A DNA stretch of 64,000 bases from Candidatus Magasanikiibacteriota bacterium (GCA_052033375.1 JBPOJQ010000018.1:1671-65670), one strand, 5' to 3'. Positions 9,769-21,896 are shown, numbered from the stretch's first letter. Numbers and translations are program-made. Notes: a model not told the origin generated them from the letters alone.

Positions 9769-10887
9769 TTACTTTCTTCGACTCGTAGAAAGTGTTGGTT
9801 TAATCCAATCGGTAATAATTTTTTCGATATCAGTTGCATCCACCGTAATAACCCCTTTATCGACAAGGTCATGTTCCAATGCTTCACGTTTGGAAATAAG
9901 CTGTTCTGAACCTTTACTTGCCTGTATTTTTAGATCAAGCTCTTGAATCTGTTTCCACAACTGTGCCACCTCAGGATACGCTTTAACAGCTGCTTGATAA
10001 AGAGTAATAGTAAGTGCGGGATGGAGGTGTGCGACTTTCACCATAGCAGCCGCCTCATCAATCGCATCAATAGCTTTGTCAGGAAGTTTACGATCTTTAA
10101 CCAATGTTTTAGTCAAACTCACTGCGGCCTCTAGTGCTGCATCAGTAAATTCTACTTTATGATATTCACGATATTTATCTTTAACTCCTTGTAAAATTTT
10201 TACCGCTTCTTCAGGGGTAGCCTCAGACACTTCAATAGGCTGAAATCGTCTTTCCAGACTTAGATCAGCACGAAAATACTTATCATACTCGAGAGTAGTC
10301 GTAGCTCCTACCATTTGCAAATCACCTCGTGCAAGCGCGGGTTTCAAAATATCAGATAAATTTACCGAACCTTCTGACCCTTGAGATTGAACCACCGAAT
10401 GTACTTCATCAATAAAAAGAATAATCGTACGACTAGAATTAGTAATTTCTTGTACAATTTTTTTCGCACGTTCCTCGAATTCCCCTCGATATTTGGTACC
10501 CGACATAAGTGTCGTTACATCGAGAGCCAATACGCGCTTTCCAGCCAAAGTTTCCGGAACTTCATTACGTGCAATCCGCTGAGCCAAACCCTCAACAATC
10601 GCCGTTTTCCCGACTCCTGGATCACCAATAAGGATAGCGTTATTTTTACTTCGTCTCGCAAGTACCTGAGTAAGTTTGCGAACTTCTTCTTCTCGCCCAA
10701 TCACCGGGTCAATACGACCAGCAAGAGCAAGTGCAGTAAAATCAGTGGTATATAAATTTAAAAAAGGCGTCTGATGAGACGCTGATCCGACGGACAAACC
10801 ATGTTTTGATTTTTTAACAACAAAATAAACAATACCAACAAGTATAACCCCAATGGCCAAAAATAAATTGTCGCTAATAGTAAACAT
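9769..10887 (-). CDS. Clp/Hsp100-family ATPase, first AAA+ module only, with N-terminal TM helix
   Basis: IDPVIGREEE, RRSKNNAILIGDPGVGKT, GTKYRGEFEER, LFIDEVH, LKPALARG, LPDKAIDAIDEA; no second nucleotide-binding domain. Confidence 0.88.
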   Translation of the reverse strand: MFTISDNLFLAIGVILVGIVYFVVKKSKHGLSVGSASHQTPFLNLYTTDFTALALAGRIDPVIGREEEVRKLTQVLARRSKNNAILIGDPGVGKTAIVEGLAQRIARNEVPETLAGKRVLALDVTTLMSGTKYRGEFEERAKKIVQEITNSSRTIILFIDEVHSVVQSQGSEGSVNLSDILKPALARGDLQMVGATTTLEYDKYFRADLSLERRFQPIEVSEATPEEAVKILQGVKDKYREYHKVEFTDAALEAAVSLTKTLVKDRKLPDKAIDAIDEAAAMVKVAHLHPALTITLYQAAVKAYPEVAQLWKQIQELDLKIQASKGSEQLISKREALEHDLVDKGVITVDATDIEKIITDWIKPTLSTSRRK

Positions 10888-10944
10888 AAATATGCGCAAG
10901 TATAGCACGCACAATAACGTCTATCAAAAAGTTATACACAAAGG

Positions 10945-10978
10945 CAATACAAAAACTCCCCGCTTTAGACGGGGAGTT
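10945..10978 (-). terminator. groEL intrinsic terminator (33-bp direct repeat copy 2)
   Basis: aactccccg-ctttaga-cggggagtt hairpin with an A-tract that reads as a U-tract on the minus strand. Confidence 0.8.
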
Positions 10979-10999
10979 CTTATTTCAGATCAATCTATA

Positions 11000-12640
<1,641 letters not shown>

Positions 12641-12672
12641 TTAATTAGTATTGTGCTAATTAGAAAGCTTAA

Positions 12673-12704
12673 TTCCCTCCCCTCTCAGGAGAGGGTTAGG
12701 GCGG
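12673..12704. repeat. intergenic GC-rich palindromic REP-like element
   Basis: ttccctcccctctcaggagagggttagggcgg; related copies at 21897, 38920 and 51633. Confidence 0.6.
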
Positions 12705-12711
12705 TGTAATC

Positions 12712-12987
12712 CTACTCAATCACTGCAACCACATCTTCGTGGTCCAAAATCTTATGATCCTCATTATTTACTTTTACTTCTTCTCCTCCCCATTTCTTAA
12801 ACAATACTTTCATTCCAACGCTCAAATTCAATTTAGTAAGTTTTTCTCCGTTGCCAAGGGCAACGATTTCTCCTTCTGCTTTTTTCTCTTTATCCACGGT
12901 ATCTGGCAAAACAATACCAGATTTAGTTACCTCTTCCTCTTTCAGAGGTTTGACTAATACTCGGTCACCTAATGGTCTGATAGACAT
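12712..12987 (-). CDS. groS: co-chaperonin GroES
   Basis: IRPLGDRVLV, TKSGIVLPD; directly upstream of groEL. Confidence 0.98.
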   Translation of the reverse strand: MSIRPLGDRVLVKPLKEEEVTKSGIVLPDTVDKEKKAEGEIVALGNGEKLTKLNLSVGMKVLFKKWGGEEVKVNNEDHKILDHEDVVAVIE

Positions 12988-13019
12988 AGTGAAATATTAT
13001 TAAGAATAATATGATACTA

Positions 13020-13046
13020 TTATCACTCCTATTTTGCGAGTGATAA
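13020..13046. promoter_or_regulatory. CIRCE-like operator (HrcA site), variant
   Basis: TTATCACTC-N9-GAGTGATAA between the promoter and groES; canonical is TTAGCACTC-N9-GAGTGCTAA. Confidence 0.85.
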
Positions 13047-13057
13047 TTTATACTAAG

Positions 13058-13086
13058 ATAGTAACTAGTTTTAAAATGGTTGTCAA
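13058..13086 (-). promoter_or_regulatory. sigma70-type promoter of groESL
   Basis: TTGACA-N17-TACTAT on the minus strand. Confidence 0.75.
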
Positions 13087-13304
13087 GGGAGAATCACCCC
13101 ACTAGACATAGGGCGTGGAAACAAAAAGTCCGCGGCGGGAAGCAGCCTGATGCGACGACCGTAAATGAAATTCGTGATGCCTGTCAGAAGCACGAATTTC
13201 GCACAGCGTCGCTTCATGCAAATGCGTCCCGCTACGGACTCTTGGTACCCCTGTACTATACGTGTGTACATCAGAGCTGTCAACGCACAATATACGACAG
13301 ATAC

Positions 13305-14633
13305 TCACGTTTTGTGGACATACTGTGGAATGCCTGTGGAGAACCTTAAAAATACGCTTAGATAAGCAAAAAAAAGTAAAATTCCCGGGTATAGAGTAAT
13401 AAGATAATGATCAAAAAAACTAATACACATAACAGGCAATACTCCACTGATTAAAAACAGTACAGAATACACCCGTGAATTACTCATTCCAAAGTACAAC
13501 AAAAGCCCAAAAGAGAATACAAAAAATAATATGCCGATATACCCCTGTTCAATCAAAATCACAAGCAATGCAACATGGACTGGCTGATACATGTATCCCG
13601 GAAGTATTGGATTATTCGCATACTGTGCATATACATACATGCCACTACCAAATCCAACTAATGGTTTTTCACGGTGCAATTCCCACGCGATTTCTATTCC
13701 CTCTTGTCTTTCGGACAACGAACGAGTTTCAGAAATAGAAACCGGGATACTACGCGTATACACAATATCGTGATACAGCATTCCAAATATCAAACCCATG
13801 ATTACTGAAGAAGCAATAAGTAAAAAAATATTCCTCATCTTATTTTTTAATGCATATAGTAAAAATCCAATGCACACAAAAACATACGCACTAATTGCTG
13901 ATCTACTTAATGTTGCAAAAAGGGTGAAAGCAGCGCATGTATGAATAACCAACAATCCAATCTTCTCTCGCTTTTTTTGTACCACACACGCATAGAGCAA
14001 CGTAAACGCGAGTATGCATACCATGTATCCGCCAAAAATATTTGGATGAGGAAATGGGCCATATGCGCGAAGCCATCGACCAATAGCGTCTGATGCTACA
14101 ATTGAAGCACCTGGATTTGATGCAATATGCTCTGTCAGCCCAAACAATGTCGAACTAAACGTTGTTTGGGTAAACCACTGAAATAACCCCAACACAATCG
14201 GCACGATACTCCCAATAATAAAAGCACGGATCCAAACATATACCGAGATACGGGACACCATAATCGTCGTGAGAATCATATACCCCTCAATCAAAAAAAG
14301 TGCTTGTCGAATAGACACATCAATATGGATCGACCAGTGCGCATTCAAAAATACATATACAGGAAATAGAAAAAACAAAAATAGCCGCAACAGCATTCTT
14401 CGTGTAGAACGCACATCCAGCGTGGTTCTCACCATACTGGATGTAAAATTAATAAAAGTCACGATGCATAGCAACCACAAGACGACCTCGCTTATATAAA
14501 AACCGAGGCTTATAAATGACGATATAAAACCATTAATACTCCCGATCTGATATATCCAGATAGTTTGCCATGGAAAAAAAATACCCCATGCGTAGATGAG
14601 AATTCGTTCAAATGGTAAAGCACGTATAGACAT
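13305..14633 (-). CDS. O-antigen ligase family membrane protein
   Basis: multi-TM; RAYGPFPHPNIFGGY, TLSRSA, PLVGFGSG, QPVH..L..L.EQG. Confidence 0.85.
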   Translation of the reverse strand: MSIRALPFERILIYAWGIFFPWQTIWIYQIGSINGFISSFISLGFYISEVVLWLLCIVTFINFTSSMVRTTLDVRSTRRMLLRLFLFFLFPVYVFLNAHWSIHIDVSIRQALFLIEGYMILTTIMVSRISVYVWIRAFIIGSIVPIVLGLFQWFTQTTFSSTLFGLTEHIASNPGASIVASDAIGRWLRAYGPFPHPNIFGGYMVCILAFTLLYACVVQKKREKIGLLVIHTCAAFTLFATLSRSAISAYVFVCIGFLLYALKNKMRNIFLLIASSVIMGLIFGMLYHDIVYTRSIPVSISETRSLSERQEGIEIAWELHREKPLVGFGSGMYVYAQYANNPILPGYMYQPVHVALLVILIEQGYIGILFFVFSFGLLLYFGMSNSRVYSVLFLISGVLPVMCISFFDHYLITLYPGILLFFAYLSVFLRFSTGIPQYVHKT

Positions 14634-14689
14634 ATATAAACACACACCCGCTCCTCAGAGTAATGTTGGGAGGAGTGGGATAAAAAGAA

Positions 14690-15646
14690 TCATCTCTCGA
14701 CACCCAATTTCTCCAATCGTTCATACCATGCATCTCGATACCGTATCCGCCGATCGTTCTCATGAAATTTCAAAACTGAATCATTTACCACCACCCGAGT
14801 ATCCTTTGCATGCACCAGACTGCGTGTATTATGCATTATTTTTTTTCTCTGGATACTCCGAGTAAATCGTTCAAAATAATCTCCCAGACGTCCACTAAGT
14901 AGCGACTCTACAATCCACACACTATTCCGCTTGTACTTCTGTATTGTACCCATATAGTGCAAGGTGGGTTCACTATGACGTGCGTGTGACAAAAATGGAC
15001 TGAGTAATTCACGATTCGCACGGAGAATACTATCGCTCAAATGATCGGGGTCATATACAGGAATAAGAGTACGGATCCAATATGCTAGATATATATCATC
15101 AGAAGAAATCCTGAATTTTGACAAATTTAATGCTCGGTCAGCCAAATAAAAACTCAAACAAATTCTATTTGAGATTTTCTTTTTCGTCCGTCTCAATCGA
15201 AATACAGACATGATGAGAGTGGTCCATAATCTCGCAAACCACATTCTTCCAAACGTGACAATCACCAATACATCAATATCACTATCATCATCAGCGGCAT
15301 TAAACGCAAGTGTGTTACACACAAATACTCCCCGCACAAACGGTGTTACAGAAAAAAGTCGTACTGCTTTTTTCAAATTACGCAACTTGCGCTCCATGGA
15401 CACGCTACGCTCAGTATGCACACGCACCAATGATTCCCGTCCAGACAAATGCCATAGTCCATTTGTATATGCAATTCGAGTATCAGGAAAATCTCTCGTT
15501 TTCAGAAAAAAATGTGCAAAGTCTAATTTTGGTTTTGTGGGAGCACCATGAAGATACTCAAAAAGCTCTCGATCAGTCAGTGGGTGATCAAAAATATCAA
15601 AGAAAGCGATAGTCCGGACAACTGATTGGTACAATACATCTGTCAT
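14690..15646 (-). CDS. Pol-beta-like nucleotidyltransferase domain protein
   Basis: NTLAFNAADDDSDIDVLVI (DxD motif). Confidence 0.65.
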   Translation of the reverse strand: MTDVLYQSVVRTIAFFDIFDHPLTDRELFEYLHGAPTKPKLDFAHFFLKTRDFPDTRIAYTNGLWHLSGRESLVRVHTERSVSMERKLRNLKKAVRLFSVTPFVRGVFVCNTLAFNAADDDSDIDVLVIVTFGRMWFARLWTTLIMSVFRLRRTKKKISNRICLSFYLADRALNLSKFRISSDDIYLAYWIRTLIPVYDPDHLSDSILRANRELLSPFLSHARHSEPTLHYMGTIQKYKRNSVWIVESLLSGRLGDYFERFTRSIQRKKIMHNTRSLVHAKDTRVVVNDSVLKFHENDRRIRYRDAWYERLEKLGVER

Positions 15647-15693
15647 ACTGAAAGGTAGTGTACATGAAAGCAGTATAAAGCAACACCCCCTAA

Positions 15694-15987
15694 CTAGGGG
15701 GTGTTATCTTCGATAAATCCGAGCGTGTCTGGAGAAGTAAATGACAAAGGAGTATCTCTTTTTTCTGCTTCATCGACCACCCTATCTTCTACAATTATTC
15801 GGTCTTCCTCATAGCGTACCACCTGCTCACGCGCAATACTAACACTCCGATGCAAAAGTGAAGATACGAAATACTCGACCACCACACCTGTATCAACATC
15901 AAATGAAATATCCTTCACCTTACCCACATGCGTACCCGAGGCAGTATACACATGCATCTTCAGTAGATGTGAACATGCAAGTTTCAT
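15694..15987 (-). CDS. PRC-barrel domain protein
   Basis: VYTASGTHVGKVKDISFDVDTG. Confidence 0.8.
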   Translation of the reverse strand: MKLACSHLLKMHVYTASGTHVGKVKDISFDVDTGVVVEYFVSSLLHRSVSIAREQVVRYEEDRIIVEDRVVDEAEKRDTPLSFTSPDTLGFIEDNTP

Positions 15988-15996
15988 ATTACACTA

Positions 15997-16770
15997 TTAT
16001 GAAACAATCTTGCCTTCAATAACATCACCACCTTGTGTACCAGAAGTGGATCCGTTTGATGAAGAGCCGTCTTTTCTAAAGAGAATCCATTGTTGCACCA
16101 CAGCAAGAAGCGTGCGGAAAAACCAATATAATACTACCCCTGCAGGGAATTGAAAACCAATAATAATCGTAAGGATGGGCATCATATACAGCATCTGTTT
16201 ATTCATCATTGAAGCCATCGACTCATCTTTTGCACCCTCACCCGCATTTACCGGGGGACGCTTGGTAGTGAGCATTTTCGTCTGTACAAACTGTGCCACA
16301 CCGGCTAATACAGCGAGCACCACATTCTTTCCTGCAAGATTAAAAAAACCAAAGCTCATCGGATCGATAGAGCCTGGATTCGCAACAAACGGATAGAGTA
16401 ATTCAAATGAGGTATTTTCAAACGCATTTTTGAATACATAAAACAACGCAAGAAAAATAGGAATCTGTACAAGAACAGGAAGACACGAACCGAATGGATT
16501 AATATTGTGCTCTTTATACAATTTCATGGTTTCCGCAGCCAATTTCTGCTGATCATCTTTGTATTCTTTCTTCAATTTTTCGAGTTTTGGCTGCATATCA
16601 GCCATTACTTTCTGAGCACGGATAGATTTGTTATTCAACGGATACAAAATGAGTTGAAATAAAATAGTCATCAACAAAATTGCAATACCAACATCCCCCA
16701 CCAAATTATAAAACCAGACAAATAAATTGAATATCGGCTGATAAATAATGGTCGTAAAAAATTCCTTCAT
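15997..16770 (-). CDS. yidC: YidC/Oxa1 membrane protein insertase
   Basis: GIAILLMT, QPKLEKLKKEYKDD, NPFGSCLPVLVQIPI, AGVVLYW. Confidence 0.93.
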   Translation of the reverse strand: MKEFFTTIIYQPIFNLFVWFYNLVGDVGIAILLMTILFQLILYPLNNKSIRAQKVMADMQPKLEKLKKEYKDDQQKLAAETMKLYKEHNINPFGSCLPVLVQIPIFLALFYVFKNAFENTSFELLYPFVANPGSIDPMSFGFFNLAGKNVVLAVLAGVAQFVQTKMLTTKRPPVNAGEGAKDESMASMMNKQMLYMMPILTIIIGFQFPAGVVLYWFFRTLLAVVQQWILFRKDGSSSNGSTSGTQGGDVIEGKIVS

Positions 16771-16899
16771 AGTTAAAATATAGTTCATTATGCGCTGAGT
16801 ATACCACGAAAAAACAGTCTAATCAAGTACTCAACCAGATACAAACATACACCGCTTTCACGGTGTATGTTAATTTCATATCAAATCTTCATTCGAGCA

Positions 16900-18165
16900 T
16901 TACTCCTCTGTCGGTGTTACTGTTTTCTCTTCATGATCAGACTGTTGACTGTCTTCTGAGACCACTTCAATCGCCTGTGGCGCTTCTACGATTTCTCCAT
17001 CACTCACTGCGACCTGAGTTCCATCTTTTTCAACTACTTTAATTTTCCAGCCTGTAAGCTCAGCGGCAAGACGGACATTCTGTCCTCCACGTCCAATAGC
17101 AAGAGAAAATTGATCTGACTCTACTTTTACAATTGCCTGTTTTTCAGGCTCACTCAATTCCACACTTGAGACCTTCGCAGGAGAAAGCGCAGCTTTAATA
17201 TACGTTTCTGCATTGTCATTATAGAGAATCACATCGATCTTTTCTCCACCGAGTTCATCAATAATGGTTGTGATTCTACTTCCACGCTGCCCAACACACG
17301 ATCCGATTGGATCAATTGATTCATCATCAGTTGCGACAGCCACCTTTGAACGACTTCCGGGATCACGTGCAATACCTTTGATCACCACTTCACCCTGGGC
17401 AATCTCTGGAATTTCTTGTTCAAAGACAAACGATACCATACGCTTATCTTTTCGTGACAAAATAATCTCAGGACCACGAATACCAAGAGCTACTGATGAT
17501 ACATAAAATTTCATGCGTGCACCCAGTGTATAGCGTTCACGGAAGACAGTCTCACTTTGTGGCAAAATACCGGTAATTTTCCCGAGGTCAATGACATATC
17601 CCCCTGTGTGTCTATCACGACGCTGCACAACACCCTGCACAATATGGCCTTCCTGTTTTTTGAAATCTTCAAATACGGTACTGCGTTCAGCTTCACGGAG
17701 CTTCTGTATAATCACCTGTTTTGCAGTCTGAGCAGCCATGCGACCAAAATCTCCAGGCACCTCAAGATCAATTTTCAAGATATCTCCAAGCTTCGCACTC
17801 TTTTTATGTTCTTTTGCTTGAGTGATCATGATTTGAGTCTTTGGGTTAAATCGCACCAAATCTGCAATCTCTTCTTCACTCAAATCACGACCCTCTTTTC
17901 GCACCTCTTCGCGTCGACGCGCGAGTTCTTCCTGATCATGAAGCAATGTTTCTTCAGAAATATCTTCGACCACTTCTTTTTCATCCCAGACCTTCATATC
18001 ACCTGTTTCTGGGTCAAAAATAACCTGAATATTTTGTTGTTTATTCCCGAAATCTTTACGATATGCAGCACCAAGTGCACTTTGTAATGCCTCCATAACC
18101 ACATCGAATTGGAGACCTTTTTCCTCACAAATATACTGGATACTCTTACTAATTTCTGACGACAT
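16900..18165 (-). CDS. nusA: transcription termination factor NusA
   Basis: FGRMAAQTAKQVIIQKLREAER, ARDPGSRSKVAV, SLAIGRGGQNVRLA. Confidence 0.98.
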   Translation of the reverse strand: MSSEISKSIQYICEEKGLQFDVVMEALQSALGAAYRKDFGNKQQNIQVIFDPETGDMKVWDEKEVVEDISEETLLHDQEELARRREEVRKEGRDLSEEEIADLVRFNPKTQIMITQAKEHKKSAKLGDILKIDLEVPGDFGRMAAQTAKQVIIQKLREAERSTVFEDFKKQEGHIVQGVVQRRDRHTGGYVIDLGKITGILPQSETVFRERYTLGARMKFYVSSVALGIRGPEIILSRKDKRMVSFVFEQEIPEIAQGEVVIKGIARDPGSRSKVAVATDDESIDPIGSCVGQRGSRITTIIDELGGEKIDVILYNDNAETYIKAALSPAKVSSVELSEPEKQAIVKVESDQFSLAIGRGGQNVRLAAELTGWKIKVVEKDGTQVAVSDGEIVEAPQAIEVVSEDSQQSDHEEKTVTPTEE

Positions 18166-18289
18166 ACTACGTACAATTAATTAAAATAATTTTGAGTTTA
18201 AAAAAAGCAGCATTTGATGATGCTACTTACATAAATAATGTTACCACAAAAGCAAATATTTGTCAAGAATTGGACATTCAGAAAACAAA

Positions 18290-18670
18290 CTATTGTATTA
18301 GTTCATAATGATAGATTTTGTGTGCAGGAAACTCGCCATACACACTCACCTGTTCAAACTGTATCGGAGTGTGTTCACTATCAATTCCATATTCAATACA
18401 ATAAGCCTCTGCTCCACACAACATGTGTAGCTGCTTCTTCTTTCCTACAGACCGCTCAGCGCTCCCATCATCATTCGATCGATATTTTACTTCGATAAAG
18501 CATAGGGTTCGTCCAAAATACGATTTAGTGTGCCAAGCAACAATATCAATTTCACCAAAACGCTTTGAAAAATTACGCCCAACAATGTCATACCCGTGAT
18601 GTGACAAAAAATCAGCAGCTATCTGTTCACCACAATTTCCCTTATATCGTGCCCCTCCCTGACGAGACAT
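18290..18670 (-). CDS. YraN-family (UPF0102) PD-(D/E)xK protein
   Basis: GEQIA..FL...GY, GEIDIV, FIEVKYR. Confidence 0.85.
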   Translation of the reverse strand: MSRQGGARYKGNCGEQIAADFLSHHGYDIVGRNFSKRFGEIDIVAWHTKSYFGRTLCFIEVKYRSNDDGSAERSVGKKKQLHMLCGAEAYCIEYGIDSEHTPIQFEQVSVYGEFPAHKIYHYELIQ

Positions 18671-18671
18671 A

Positions 18672-19223
18672 TCAGCCACGAAACAAAACAATTACCCGAT
18701 GATACGGTCCAATAGTGGAATCCTCCTGAATTCCAAACCCATTCTTGCGCCCCCATGTAATGATCTCTGAAAAATCAACCATATGGCCATCCGCAGGACC
18801 AAGCACAGACAATTTTCGCATCCAGTCAGTAATAATAATCCTCCCCTTCTCCTTGAGAACCCGAGCAGCTTCTGCAAGCGGAATATCGTATGACTCAAAA
18901 TGGAATAAGACATTAATAAAAAAGGCAGTATCCAATGTTTTTTCAGGAATTGCGAGTCCTTGTTTTAGACCCAAATCAGCCCACACAGTTTCGACATTAT
19001 GAATCGCCTCAGTCGCTGCACGTTTTCGGACTGAATCAAGTACATCTTTCAAAATATCAACAGCATAGACCACACCTCGTTCCCCGACCACCTTAGAGGC
19101 AGGAAATACGATATGCCCAGTACGTCCACACCCGAGATCGGCAATGTGCATACCCTCAGTTGTCTGAGCTTTAGAAAGAAGTGCATGCGGGTCAATCAAA
19201 TGATTTCCGGTGTGATACGTCAT
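18672..19223 (-). CDS. class I SAM-dependent methyltransferase
   Basis: IADLGCGRTG, VYAVDI. Confidence 0.85.
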   Translation of the reverse strand: MTYHTGNHLIDPHALLSKAQTTEGMHIADLGCGRTGHIVFPASKVVGERGVVYAVDILKDVLDSVRKRAATEAIHNVETVWADLGLKQGLAIPEKTLDTAFFINVLFHFESYDIPLAEAARVLKEKGRIIITDWMRKLSVLGPADGHMVDFSEIITWGRKNGFGIQEDSTIGPYHRVIVLFRG

Positions 19224-19283
19224 AAAAAAGTCTATAAAATCTGAAAGTCTATCTAGTATTGTATGTACGTTATAACTTTCTGA

Positions 19284-19532
19284 CTACTGTGCGCCACCAA
19301 TAAATAATTTTCCAAAAATTCCAATTAAAATTTCGCCTAATGCCCCAGTCATAGCAAGCACTGAACCTATAATAAATAATAGTCCAAGCATTTTATACAT
19401 TAGCCGTGTTCCCCCTCCACCAAATTTTGCTTCAGCCCAATCACTGTATCCAAAATTCTCAACAAACCATTGCGTCTTTATTACCATAGATGACCCAAGC
19501 GCAATTACCAAAATGCCCAAGAAATATGCCAT
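19284..19532 (-). CDS. small membrane protein
   Basis: two hydrophobic helices; continues the operon. Confidence 0.65.
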   Translation of the reverse strand: MAYFLGILVIALGSSMVIKTQWFVENFGYSDWAEAKFGGGGTRLMYKMLGLLFIIGSVLAMTGALGEILIGIFGKLFIGGAQ

Positions 19533-19548
19533 ACTCTCACAAAATTCA

Positions 19549-21123
19549 TTACTCAAAAATTACCGGTACTGAATACGCATATTCATGCTCAGGTAAACCA
19601 GACGGATTATCTTTGATAAAAGAAATTATACCTGTCGAAGTCGTGGGCATGGTCACCTGAGATACGGTAACAGAAAAAGGCACATATTCAGTCGTCATCC
19701 AGTCTGCACCTGCCTCTGCGATTCCACGACCGACTACAACACCACTATTATCAGTCACGACTACAGGAAAACTTGCCTCAAAAAACATTGTTCCCCGAGC
19801 TTTTCCAGTAAAAATAATTGACGGTTGAGAAAAATCATATCGATAGGGCTCGGCTAATGAACCAAAGTCGACATCTACCAACGGTTCGACCGGAGATGGT
19901 GTGTCAGTAGTACTAAAAACTCGATAAATTACCCCCGCGTGATCATCGCTCACAAACAATGATCCATTCATGAACTTGAGGTCGACCGGGCGCCCCACTG
20001 CTTTATTGTGAGCAGTAAGCCAACCATCAATAAACAACTCTTCACCGACAATTCCTCCCTTTGCATCAAGCATAATACGAACAATTGAGTAACCTGTAGG
20101 CACACTGCGATTCCACGAGCCATGGTACGCTACGAGTAAATCAAGCCAATACTCTTCAGGCCAAAAACTCTCTTCTGGAATAAACGCGAGCCCAAGCGGA
20201 GCCACATGTGCAGGAAGGTCATACGTACTTGCAGCAGTTGTTGCACATGGATCCATAACGTATGTTTTGGAATCAAAATTAACATCATGAATCCTGTTTC
20301 CATAACATATTGGCCACCCATAATTCTTTCCCTCTTCAATAATATTAAGCTCATCAGGAGGAATATGATCACCTAATAAATCTCGCCCCATTTCAGTAGC
20401 CCATATTTTTCCATCGACCGGATTAGTCGCCATAAACACTGAATTCCGAAGGCCTGCGGCATAAGGAGTCAATTCCCACACACCGTCTTTATTCTCTAAT
20501 TTCTGAATTGTTGCTCGAATACTTGATTCCTCATAACACACATTGCATGAAGAACCAATAGAAACGAGTATCTGCCCGTCAGGAGTATAGGCAAGCGTAC
20601 GAGAAGAGTGCGGAGCAGACTCGACGGTCAAATCAACTAATTTTACAATATTCTCAGATGGAATACTCGCGGGTTCAGTAGAGCCCTCTATATAAGAAAT
20701 TGATACCAATGAAATTTTTGTTTCTTCCGCAATATAGAGGGTATCAGGTGACATGTAATCAAATAATAGCCCATGGGGATTAGTGAGTTGAGAAAGTACA
20801 TCAATAGTTTTCTCAGCTTTTCCGTCACGCACGACAACTACAGAAATTTTTCCTTCTTTGGGACGCGAAACCCATATATTTCCATATCGATCAAAAGCAA
20901 TTACCCGAGCTCCAGAAAGATTCTCGGCAAATACCTCAATATCAAAACCGGGAGGAAGTTTCAATGGATTATCTGCAGGAATATCTATCACTCCGGTAAT
21001 TGGATACGGAGGATCACTAATTGCAGGCCCTACCCCTCGAAGATGCTTATAATAAAAAATTCCAATAAAAATACTAAAACCAAGCGCCAGAAGTATAGGG
21101 ACAATAATAAAAATTTTTTTCAT
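19549..21123 (-). CDS. PQQ-dependent sugar/sorbosone dehydrogenase family with C-terminal Gmad2-like Ig domain
   Basis: SIGSSCNVC, GLRNSV, PPDELN..GKNYGWP, HGSWNR, GRPVD; C-terminal FFEASFPV...WMTTEYVPF. Confidence 0.85.
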   Translation of the reverse strand: MKKIFIIVPILLALGFSIFIGIFYYKHLRGVGPAISDPPYPITGVIDIPADNPLKLPPGFDIEVFAENLSGARVIAFDRYGNIWVSRPKEGKISVVVVRDGKAEKTIDVLSQLTNPHGLLFDYMSPDTLYIAEETKISLVSISYIEGSTEPASIPSENIVKLVDLTVESAPHSSRTLAYTPDGQILVSIGSSCNVCYEESSIRATIQKLENKDGVWELTPYAAGLRNSVFMATNPVDGKIWATEMGRDLLGDHIPPDELNIIEEGKNYGWPICYGNRIHDVNFDSKTYVMDPCATTAASTYDLPAHVAPLGLAFIPEESFWPEEYWLDLLVAYHGSWNRSVPTGYSIVRIMLDAKGGIVGEELFIDGWLTAHNKAVGRPVDLKFMNGSLFVSDDHAGVIYRVFSTTDTPSPVEPLVDVDFGSLAEPYRYDFSQPSIIFTGKARGTMFFEASFPVVVTDNSGVVVGRGIAEAGADWMTTEYVPFSVTVSQVTMPTTSTGIISFIKDNPSGLPEHEYAYSVPVIFE

Positions 21124-21127
21124 ATAC

Positions 21128-21886
21128 TTACATTTCAGAGATAAAGCGTCGCAGTGCTCGACCCACAAAAAATGTAGTGGTAGCACGTGCAGAGAAATGT
21201 CCTCCTGTTCGAACAAGCCGACGTGTGCACGGAACTGCACCAAGAAATTTTTCTACTGCATGATATGACACTATCATATCATCTTTTGCATGTATAATAC
21301 ATATTTTCTTTGGACTATACTCTTGAAGGTGTGTAATAGGATTAAAAAACTGATCATCAGCCCCAAGTCGATCAAAATCAGAATCTGAAAAACGATACGC
21401 TTCTCCAAACATAGTATGTATATACTCACGCAAATCAGATAGCGGTTGTCGAGGTCGATACAATTCCTCTTTCCAATCAATCACAGGCGAAACTACCACA
21501 GCTTTATCTACTTCAGGATGAAGAGACGCAAGGAGAGCTGCGGCACCACCAAAACTAGCACCAATAACAGTCACATGTGTCACGTGTAATTCAAAATTTT
21601 TCTGTGGTAATGGTACTGAAATGCCGTTTTTAAGTATCCGAGCGACTTCTAGAATATCATCCGTGGGATCATGATCAAGAAATTTTCCAGCGCTCTCCCA
21701 TGTACCTTTATATCGTGGATGAAACACCCAAAAACCATGTTTTGACCAATACTCAAGTACACGCCTTTTTGAAGGGACGCTAGGCAAACCGTCGCATACC
21801 ACAATAGCATGATCACTTTTCCCACTACGCGGGGGAAGAAATTCAGTGACAATGTCAGTATTAATGCGGAGTCGTAGTGGTTTCAT
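21128..21886 (-). CDS. alpha/beta hydrolase
   Basis: YKGTWESAG, GASFGG nucleophile elbow, HAKDD, GGH. Confidence 0.85.
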   Translation of the reverse strand: MKPLRLRINTDIVTEFLPPRSGKSDHAIVVCDGLPSVPSKRRVLEYWSKHGFWVFHPRYKGTWESAGKFLDHDPTDDILEVARILKNGISVPLPQKNFELHVTHVTVIGASFGGAAALLASLHPEVDKAVVVSPVIDWKEELYRPRQPLSDLREYIHTMFGEAYRFSDSDFDRLGADDQFFNPITHLQEYSPKKICIIHAKDDMIVSYHAVEKFLGAVPCTRRLVRTGGHFSARATTTFFVGRALRRFISEM

Positions 21887-21896
21887 ATATTTTCTT

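Noticed and set aside
13080-13365. Four overlapping short ORFs upstream of groES
   Set aside because: No motif or clear ribosome-binding site lets me choose a frame; not called.
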